From NCBI RefSeq assembly GCF_006345805.1, contig NC_043004.1:37572001-37636000 (forward strand): a stretch of DNA of 64,000 bases, written 5' to 3'. Below, in pieces: positions 54,380-64,000 of this stretch. A program made the translations under genes and the position numbers. How positions within the stretch are numbered: position 1 is the first letter of the stretch; each line of letters begins with the position of its first letter. The notes under the pieces are model-generated. The model was not told the DNA's origin and made no database searches. It was given only the letters and a program-made list of their open reading frames with translations. The stretch is from Octopus sinensis. Its lineage: Eukaryota.

Positions 54380-55860
54380 CAATTCTCGTCGAAACCCAGA
54401 GCCCCTCCTAGGACGTCACCACTTTTAAAATCCACCAGCTCTTTATACAAAACCGAGGTGGCATTCCCACTGCCGGCCTTGTCCGTCTTGTGGATTAGCA
54501 CGAGTAACTGTCGACACTTCTTTTGCCACTCAGTCAGATTCTATTTTTAATGAAATCAGGTTTAAATCTCTCCAAGGAGGCTGGTCGCGGAAAGAATTCC
54601 TCCGCCAGCAGATTCTACACCTTGTCACCCTCCAGGTAGAGCCAGAGATGCCTTAGCTTCAACGCATGCCTGCGCATCAGTAACCAAGGCATACTTTAGC
54701 GGTTCCTGGCAGCAAACGGAGCGCCTCACAGGTGGCTTTCCTCCCTTCGACTACAAGCGGAAAAGGAGGCGCTGCAACTTGTTTAGCCACGAGTCGGGGA
54801 AATGGACAACGTTCATGCAGTAGATGATAACAGATGCAATAAACAACTGTGCCACCTCTGCCCTTCCTTTCAGGGGCAGAGCCCTCCGGACTAAAGCCTC
54901 CACCCTGTCTACCACCTGGCTCTAATTCTTCTCCGTATCAGAGTCCGGTCCAAAGCAAACTCCGAGCAACTTAACAGGATCATCTGTCCAGTGACCCATG
55001 ACACTGGACGATATCGACTTGCTCCTCCAGGTGCCGAGGCGTAAGCCGATGGACTTGTCCTTGTTGACTTCTGCCTCTTCCACCCCCTTGTATCCTTTGA
55101 TAGCTGAGCTTCATTGGACACGGTGATGGTGACGCCATCCACATAGGCAGAGACCGACTTACCGTATCCGATTTCATTGGGAATGCCACCCAAGTTCTCC
55201 AACTTGCGCAGTAATGGCTCAAGAGCCAAGCACATACAGAGGCAGGGACAGGGGGCACCCTTGATGAACCGAGCGTTTGATCGAAAACGGCTCCGACAGG
55301 TAGCCGATTATCTGGACGGTGGATTTGATGCCGCAATAAATAGCAGTGATCCAACTACGGAAATCCGGGCCCAGTCCAACCACTTCGACGACCGCCGCCA
55401 GGTATTGGTGGTCTACCCTATCGAAAGCTTTACTTTGGTCTAAACGGATAAGTGCCCCACCTTTGCCGGTTAATTTACCCACCTTATCTAAAATGGAGTT
55501 ACAGTTTAAGTTTGTGGAGGGGCTGCACAAATTCGCCTGCCTCCCCATCCTTTTCTTTTAATGGTGTTGCCGCTGGGCTTGTTAATAATTTTTCGTCTGA
55601 CATATCGGAGCTAACGTCTCTCATATCCTCTGGATACAAAAAATGACAAAATAAATTCACTACCCAGCAATGGGTAAAGAAAAACAGTTCAGCAATAATT
55701 TTGTTTTTCACAATAATTTCAAAACAGAATTTTCTGCCCCGTAGAGCGAAAATTACTGTTCCACGAAGGACAACAGTTCAGTTCAAAGCAAAATACACAA
55801 AATTATCACAATACCAGGCGAAAACACACTGAACGAATTCACATAACTTTGGTAACAGCA
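54380..55860 (-). mobile_element. Internally deleted Tx1-like LINE (5'UTR and ORF1 start fused to mid-RT)
   Basis: 55635-55500 looks like an ORF1 N-terminus and is followed directly by LDKVGK...LDQSKAFDRVDH. Confidence 0.6.
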
Positions 55861-56698
55861 GTGTGACTGTGGGTTTGATTGATACTAATCTTGTGTGACA
55901 ACAGGTTTGATAATGCTGTCTATACGAGTGTAAAACATATTCCATAGGACGTATATCCGATCAGATTAGGAATCCTTGTAAGAATAGATAAGCTTTCTGA
56001 ATTTTTTCGTTGTAATACAGATCCGGTCTATATATCAAACGTAAGTTGAAAATATACTTGCCTCGATGCAGTTCTTCCCTGGTTTCCTATCATGCTATTT
56101 GTTATGACTTACGAATACAGTAAATATACTTGTAGGGCTTGTATACAATAATATCACGACTGTTTAGACAATTTCTAATAAATAAGCCAGTACTGTATTA
56201 TAATTTTTGTTACGCAGATCATTTGATGTCCGTCGATGTTCAAGTAACTAAATCGTATTTAGAGGGCAGCGGGTCAATGACCGTGGTAATGTTTCCATCA
56301 TAACTGCAGTGTGTACATTGTACATATAGAGTACATGTATTGCATACATACGACATTATGCATACATCGTATTGTTATCTCGAGCTTGAACTGTTGCAGA
56401 TGTCATCGCTTCTTGAAATGATTTACTGTAAGCTTCAAATCATTCGCGGCGATAAAATTTCGCGATTTGTTGCATGCTTTGTCTTTTCTTTATTGATCTT
56501 TGCGCTGCGCCCATCCTACTATTTGTAAGGATAGCAAACTATTTTTTATTTACTTTAATAAAAAAACTAAAAAAAGTAAAGTGGTTTGACCAAACCTGTT
56601 AATCACTTAATGACATTTTACTTTTCTTCTTTATCCATTTTCACGTATATCATTATCTCATATATTTGTTTTCTGCTCTGTATACCTTGTATACCCTG

Positions 56699-59600
56699 TG
56701 TTATGTAATCATCACTACAAACATGAACAATCAACGTTGCCCATTGTCTCCCTTGATACAAGGACATTCAGTAAGTTTCCCGCCACAACAAATACCTTGT
56801 ACAACAACAGCAGTCTAATAAAGTATCTCGTATCGTTAACACGTTTTTTCAGTCTTTCTCATTTTCTTAATCTTTCATACTAAGTACTCACTACTTCCTT
56901 TAATACTCAATACATTATATATATATATAACAACAACATGGTGTCAGAATACTAAAAGAACCCAAAATACAGAAACCAAAAGAAAAAAGTTGAAATCATA
57001 CTTCAAAGACGAAATGGAAAATTTACCGCATCCAAAAGATCTAGACTTTAATCAGGAAAATCTAGCCGCAGCATGGAAAAAGTGGAAAAAAGAATTCAAT
57101 CTCTTTTTGATAGCAACAGAAAGTGACATGAAGCCAGACAAAGTAAAAACTTCAATGTTTTTAACTTGCATCGGTTCCAAAGGCCGAGACATCCATTTCA
57201 CTCTGGATTTCGATTCACCCGACGAAGAAATGAACCTTCAAACAGTAATCGAAAAATTCGATGCATATTGTGAACCCAGGAAAAACATAACTTTCCTGAG
57301 ACACAAATTCTTCACATGTGGACAAGCGGAACATCAAAAATTCGATGAGTACGTGGTAGAGTTGCGCCAAAAGGCACAACAGTGCGAATTCGGCAACCTC
57401 ACAGACAGTCTCACCAAAGATATTCTGATATGTGGAATCAGAGACATGAGATTAAGAGAAAGATTATTGAGAGAACCAAATTTAGACCTACAAAAAACAA
57501 TTCAAGCAGGTCAGAGTGCAGAGCAAACACGACTCCAATCAAGGATGCTAAATGCCACATCCGAAACAAGAGATAACGAAATCTCGAGGGTATATAGTCA
57601 ACACGACAGAAAAGGCGCCAAAACTCAAATAACTCGCCATATGCAATCCAGACATCAAAACGAACAAGGCGGAAGTGACAGAAAGCCCGCGAAGTTTCAA
57701 GCGCCAAGTCAACACTACGTCACTAACTGTCACTATTGTGGTTATAATCACAAAAGAAATAAATGCCCAGCATTTCACAAGACATGTGAAAAATGCAAGA
57801 AACAAGGACACTATGCAAAAATGTGCAAATCAAGAAAATTTGTACATAAAGTAGAGATACATACCGACGATGAATCAGATGACGATACACATGCACTCGA
57901 AATGATCACTGCAAATAATTCCCGCGTGCACAAAATCGAAAAGTTCAAGACTCCAAAAGACATTTGGACGGTCGAACTAAAAGTGAACTACTCGAATGTA
58001 ACATTCAAAATTGATACTGGAGCAGACGTAACTGTACTGCCATTCAGAGAATATAAAAATATAATTCCAAAATCACAACTGCAAAAAACCTCAACTCGAT
58101 TATCAGCTTACAATAACACAGCTATAAAAGTGCTAGGAAAATGCACAGCAGTCATTAAATACAAAGAATTATCAAAACAAATAAAATTCATTGTTGCAAA
58201 AACAAACTCGCACGCAGTTATAGATGCAAAGACAGCTAAAGATCTGAACCTAATTCAGAGAATTTCAAAAATAAATTCGTCGAACACAAACGACATAATA
58301 GAAAAATATGAAGACTGTTTCGGAGAAATCGGCACATTGTCAATAACACATTATATCACAGTGGATCCACAAATAACTCCTGTAATTCATCCACCAAGAT
58401 CGGTTCCTTTTTCTATAAAAGAAAAACTCAACAAAGAATTAAAAAGAATGACAGAATTAGGTATCATAAAACCTTTTAGTGAACCTACAGACTGGGTAAA
58501 TTCCCTAGTCATCGTTGAAAAAGCCAACGGAAAACTCCGACTCTGTTTAGACCCCAAGAATCTAAACAAAGCCATAAAAAGGCAACATTTCAAACTCCCT
58601 ACAGCGGAGGACATTTTTGCACAAATGCATAACCCTAAATATTTTTCGAAACTCGATGCATCTAATGGATACTGGCAAATTCCAGTTGACGAAGAAAGCT
58701 CCCATCTGTTAACGTTCAACACACCTTTTGGAAGGTATCGCTTCACACGACTACCCTTTGGAATTCACAGCGCCAGTGAAGTTTTCCAAAAAAGAAATTG
58801 CAAAAATAATAGAGGGCATAGAAGGAGCAAGAAATTCACAGGATGACATCATAATCTGGTCCAGCACTTTAGAAGAACACACAAATAAACTATAACAAGT
58901 TTTCGATCGAATCCGAAAGCACGGATTAAAGTTAAATAAATCAAAGTGTATCTTCTATGAATCACAAATCAAGTACCTTGGGCATCTATTAACCAGCGAA
59001 GGGATAAAACAAGATCCAACCAAAGTACAAGCAACCATTCACATGCCACTGCCAAAAAGTAAAAAAGAATTACAAAGATTCCTAGGTATGACAAATTACC
59101 TATGTAAATTTTTATCAAATTACTCCGAAGTTACAGCACCATTACGCCAGCTTCTACAGAGTGACACGTTATGGTCATTCGACAAACCACAAATCGAAGC
59201 AATAAAAAAGCTAAAAGAAATGATTACCAGAAAACCAGTGCTACAATTTTATAATCCAGATCTACCAATAAAAATAACTACAGATGCTAGTAAGCATGGG
59301 CTCGGAGCGATACTTGAGCAGAAACACAACGAAAGATGGCTACCTGTTTCGTTTGCATCTCGTGCAACAACTCAAGCGGAACAAAACTACTGTCCGATAG
59401 AGAGCGAAGCTCTCAGTATAGTTTTCGCATGCAAGAAATTTCATCAGTTTATATACGGAACTCATTTCAGAATCGAAAATGACCATAAACCGTTGAAGCA
59501 AATATTAAAAAAATCGATCACTAAATGCCCCCCCGCCCAGAATCCAAAGATTTCTACTAACATTACAAAGATATGATTTTGACCTAAACCACATACCTGG

Positions 59601-61229
59601 TAAAGAATCAATTGTTGCAGATACCCTATCACGTGCATACCTTGAGCAAAATACTCCAGAAGTATCAGACGAAGATATGAAATCGCACATACATGCAGTA
59701 ATAAAAAATTACCCCATAACCGACACTAAATTAAACGAGTATAAAGAAGCCACTGCAGACGACCCGTCACTACAGACACTCATCACATATACAAGAACAG
59801 AATGGCCCCCAAAAGACAAAATACCAATAAACATCAAACCATTCGTTTCCGTTCGTGATGAAATATCAATCGTCAATGGTCTCGTTCTAAAAGGTTCAAG
59901 AATAATTGTACCTAAGTCATTACGTAGAGAAGCTCTACAGGAAATATATACCGGACACATGGGTATCGAAAAATGCATAGAGAGAGCGAAGGAATGTAAA
60001 TACTGGCCTGGCATTAACGCTCAAATCAAAGACATGATTAACACATGCTCATACTGCATCGACTACAAAAACCAACAATCAGCCGAACCACTAATAAATC
60101 ATGAAATACCTACTACACCATGGACCAAAGTGGGTACAGACGTATTTCACCTGTCTGGAAATTCGTATGTCACAATTATTGACTATACAACAAGATTTTT
60201 TGATCTACACGAAATAAATGATTGCCAGTCAAAAACCGCAATCAAAAAATTAAAAGAAACTTTTGCTAAATTCGGAATTCCGCAAACAGTTGTAAGTGAC
60301 AACGGTCCAGAATTCAATTCGGCTGAATTCAAAAAATTTGCAAAAAATTGGCATTTTCATCACACGAAGACAAGCCCGCATTATCATCAAGCGAATGGCA
60401 TGGTTGAGAGAAATATACAGACAATAAAAAAGACGCTAAAAAAGGCATTCAAGAGTGGCGAAGAACCTCAGTTAGCGCTCTTAGCATTACGCACGACTAA
60501 ATTACAAAATGGTGCACCATCCCCTGCAAATCAAATAATGAATAGAACATTGCGAACAAATCTCCCAAACTTACTACACGACAAAATTGGTATCAGGCCT
60601 CACGAAAAGAAGAAATCAAACATTACAACAGAACTCCCAGAGTTAAAACCACACGACACGGTTAGAATTAAGTTTAACAACAATTGGTTTAGAAGGGGCA
60701 AAATAATTAAAAAACTAGAGCAACCTCGTTCATACTTAGTAATAACAGAGGAAGGTAATACAGTCAAACGAAATAGACAACATATTCTTAAAACAAACGA
60801 ACACGTTCGCATAACAGAAGAATTAGATTATGAAAATATATTTCCAAAGTCAACAAACACGCATGAAAAAACAAAAACAGCACAACTACAGAATTCAACA
60901 CTACAAAATAATAAAACCACAAAAAGTGGACGACGAATAATTATTCCCTGTAGATACAGATAAACAATAAATAAAAAAAAGGGAAGATGTTATGTAATCA
61001 TCACAACAAACATGAACAATCAACGTTGCCCATTGTCTCCCTTGATACAAGGACATTCAGTAAGTTTCCCGCCACAACAAATACCTTGTACAACAACGGC
61101 AGTCTAATAAAGTATCTCGTATCGTTAACACGTTTTTTCAGTCTCTCTCATTTTCTTAATCTTTCATACTAAGTACTCACTACTTCCTTTAATACTCAAT
61201 ACATTATATATATATATATAACAACAACA
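56699..61229 (+). mobile_element. Full-length Gypsy (Mag-like) LTR retrotransposon
   Basis: LTRs 56699-56938 and 60988-61229; 5-bp TSD CCCTG; PBS TGGTGTCAGAA (tRNA-Leu 3'-end type); PPT at 60973-60987. Confidence 0.97.
56990..60963 (+). pseudogene. gag-pol (2 CCHC, protease DTGA, RT SQDD, RNase H, integrase) with 2 frameshifts and 1 stop
   Basis: Extra A near 58790, TAA near 58892 and a 4-nt excess in the C-run near 59530. Confidence 0.9.
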
Positions 61230-61254
61230 CCCTGTATACCTGTATACCTTGTGC

Positions 61255-62170
61255 AGAATGTCAGCTAAGAAATGATATCATTCAACTGAAGAGGTTATAA
61301 GAGAATTTCAAAAATACTGGACTGAAAATTTTGGTATGATTAAGAAAGACAGTAAAGCATTATGTATGTTCTGTTCCGAAACTGTTGTTTATAGAACTTC
61401 TGCAAAAAGGTATTTTGAAAGTGTTCACAAGAACTTAAGTAATAAAACTGAAGAAGAACATGAATTAATTTCTCGTGAACTCAGCAAAGCAAAAAAAAAA
61501 AAAAAAAAGAAAAATAACAGGCTGATACTTTCATAAGTTTTATCTCGGGCAAGCCCAGTCCCAACTTAGTTGCTACTAGTTTTGAGGTTTCAAAAGTTAT
61601 TGCCCAACATGGAAGCCACTCAGTGATGGGGGTATTTTAAAGAAGCTTGACTCGAATGTGCACCTTTACTTTTTGACAATTTTTCAGAAAAGGAAAACAT
61701 TATTCAGCCCGTTAAAGAATTGTCAATGAGTAGGAAAACAGTTAAGGATACAATACCCAAGCTGGAGAAAAATACTTCTGAACAATTGACAAAAGATTTG
61801 TCTTCATGTATTTGTATTGATGAAAGTACTGACATCACTTAGGTTAGCCATTTTTTTTTTTCAATTTTGTAAAGGTGATGAAATATGTGAAGAGATGGTT
61901 GCCCTTCTGACACTGCCTGAGTGTACTGCCGGGACTGAAATATGTAAAAATGTTGTGAACATTTCAAAAGTAGTACCCGTTACAACAGATGGCGCCCCCA
62001 GCATGACTGGTGAGAAGGAGGAATTCGTAAATCTGTTTGCAAAAGAAGTTGGTCATACACTAAGTTTTCATTGGATCATAAACGAGGAGGATTGCAACAG
62101 GTAATCGGAAGAAACTTCAGGAAGTGATGCAAACTGTTACCAAGGTTGTTAATTAGATTTCTGCTCGGGT
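61255..62170 (+). mobile_element. Degenerate hAT transposase (GTF2IRD2/SPIN-Buster-like)
   Basis: KALCMFCSET, CIDESTDI and VTTDGAPSMTG. Confidence 0.8.
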
Positions 62171-62186
62171 AAAAAGATAATTTCAA

Positions 62187-62542
62187 GGGTAAACGTAACT
62201 CTAAACCCTAACCCTAACGTAAACTTAGAGTTAAGTTTACGCCTAAACCTAAACCCTAACCCTAACCCGGCGGAGGTAAACAATACGCACACCACCCGTT
62301 TTCGGCGTAACCTTATATCTAACCCTAAACACTAACGCTAACCCACGGAGGTAAAAAACACTCACACCATCCGTTTTCGGCGCAACCTTCTCAAACCCTA
62401 AGACCTAACACTAAACCGGCGGAGGTAAAGGGCACGCACACCACCCGTTTTCGGCGTAACCTTAACTCTAACTCTAAACCGTAACCCGGCGGAGGTAAAG
62501 AATACGCACAACAACCGTTTTCGGCGTAACCTTAAGTCTAAA
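62187..62542. repeat. Tandem array: 4 conserved ~45-nt cores separated by degenerate (CCCTAA)n spacers
   Basis: Cores CCGGCGGAGGTAAA..ACGCACACCACCCGTTTTCGGCGTAACCTT at about 62267, 62343, 62416 and 62486. Confidence 0.85.
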
Positions 62543-64000
62543 TGTTATGTGTAGTTTGGGTTCTAATGGGATAGACAACTCAAATGAAAGCCATTGTTAT
62601 TGTTTTACGTGTTTATTTACTTTTCATGTTACACGAACTGTCAACATTCAGCGTAGTGATACATATATACTTTAGACACAGTTCGTACTGTTACTAACAA
62701 AATAGTGCCAAAAGTGGAGATGTATTCTACACACGTATACCTACGTATACACATAGATATGAATGTGTAACATCCCTTCTTCTTAAAAAAAAATAAAGGG
62801 GTCTTTTGGCAGTGAAGACAAATATAAGTAGTCTCCCTTACTCTAATGGATTGTTAGCGCGAGGTGGCAATCCTGCAGCAGAAATCGTGAGATTATTCTG
62901 CCTCTGCTTTGTAATCTAGCTGAATTAGTTATCTTTTCATTTTCTTTTTTTTTTTTCCTTAACGGTATCGAACCGGTGGCAGAATGTTCTTTCTCCATCT
63001 GGTGGATCTTGTGCTTCGCACCGGTGTCTGAGGTGTATTGTTGGGCTGCTGATGGGTTGTTGGTGCCCGTTGGGGTGATAATTCTGTGGGTGTTGTCACT
63101 GATGCAGCAGGTGTTGTACACGTTGTCCTCGACAGCTTTGGTGTTGGGCGGATGTTGACCCTGTTGCGTCTCAGCTGCCCACCAGATTCCGTTTCTATTA
63201 TATATGATCTTGGAGTTTCAGCTCTACTGACGACCTGTGCTGGGATCCATGTTTTAGTTGTGGGATCTTGAGAATGCACATGCTGTCCTCCAAGTATCTC
63301 AGGTAAGTATTGTGCATGTTTGTTGTTATATTTCTGTGATTGTTCTTGATTGGCTGCTAGCTTTGCCCTTGTCTCTTCCTGGTCAATAGGAGGTTGGATC
63401 TTAGTTGGCAGGGTAGTTTTGTACTTCCTGCCATTCAGCAATTCTGCTGGGGATTTCATGTCAGCTCTCAGTGGTGTCGCTCGTAGGGACAGAAGTGCCA
63501 GGTGTGGGTCTTCCTTAGTCTCTCGGCATTTGACTAGTGTTCTCTTCACTGTCTGCACCTGTCTTTCTATAAACCCATGGCCTTTGGGGTAGTGTGGAGA
63601 TGAGGTTGTAATATTGAACCCATACTCATCGGCTAGCTTTTTGAATTCTTGCGATGTGAACTGGGTTCCATTGTCACATATGATCTGCTCTGGTATTCCT
63701 TGCTCTACTAGAAGTCCTCGAGCCACTGTAGTGAATGTTTTGGCTCTCAGGTCTTTCACTTTTCTCACAAATGGAAATTTTGATTAGTAGCAGGCCATTA
63801 TCAAATACCATTCTTGGCTCTCTGTGAACAGATCTACTCCAATAGTTTGCCATGGCCTTCTTGGGATGTCACTAGATATCATTTCCTCCTTTTGTTGTGA
63901 GTTTCTGTACTTTTGACAGATGTGGCATGTAGAAACTGTCTTTTCTATGTCTTTGTACATGCCTACCCAATATACTGCTGACTTGGCTCGGAGCTTGCAT
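62543..64000 (-). mobile_element. Second Gypsy element: integrase, PPT and 3' LTR (62543-62772); runs off the window
   Basis: ICDNGTQF and YPKGHGFIERQVQT; AAGAAGAAGGGA PPT followed by a TG...CA LTR containing AATAAA. Confidence 0.9.

Noticed and set aside
62187-62542. CRISPR-like repeat-spacer reading
   Set aside because: Eukaryotic context, spacers are telomeric hexamer variants rather than unique sequences, and there are no cas genes.

Overview
AT-rich, microsatellite- and transposon-saturated eukaryotic DNA. The SINE families and repeat style resemble an octopod cephalopod genome (inference). The one identifiable host gene is an 8-exon carbonyl reductase (CBR1-like SDR) on the minus strand, 52311 to 22491. 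All its splice phases join except exon 4, which is about 10 nt short and creates a frameshift and premature stop before the catalytic residues. Phase-compatible exons of a second, unidentified minus-strand gene lie at about 6.2-12 kb. The rest is mobile DNA: RTE, CR1, HERO-like, R4/Dong-like and three Tx1-like LINEs; a young full-length Gypsy with a matching solo LTR; two other Gypsy pieces; mariner/Tc1, piggyBac, hAT and Helitron remnants; Merlin-like MITEs; and many tRNA-derived SINEs. The most unusual observations are a minimal type I hammerhead ribozyme in a Penelope-like fragment, a Tx1 LINE inserted in a (TC)n microsatellite whose ORF1 is bracketed by splice sites, the frameshifted CBR exon, and a tandem array with a constant core and telomeric-hexamer spacers. 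All calls were made by eye; element boundaries without TSD or TIR support are approximate.
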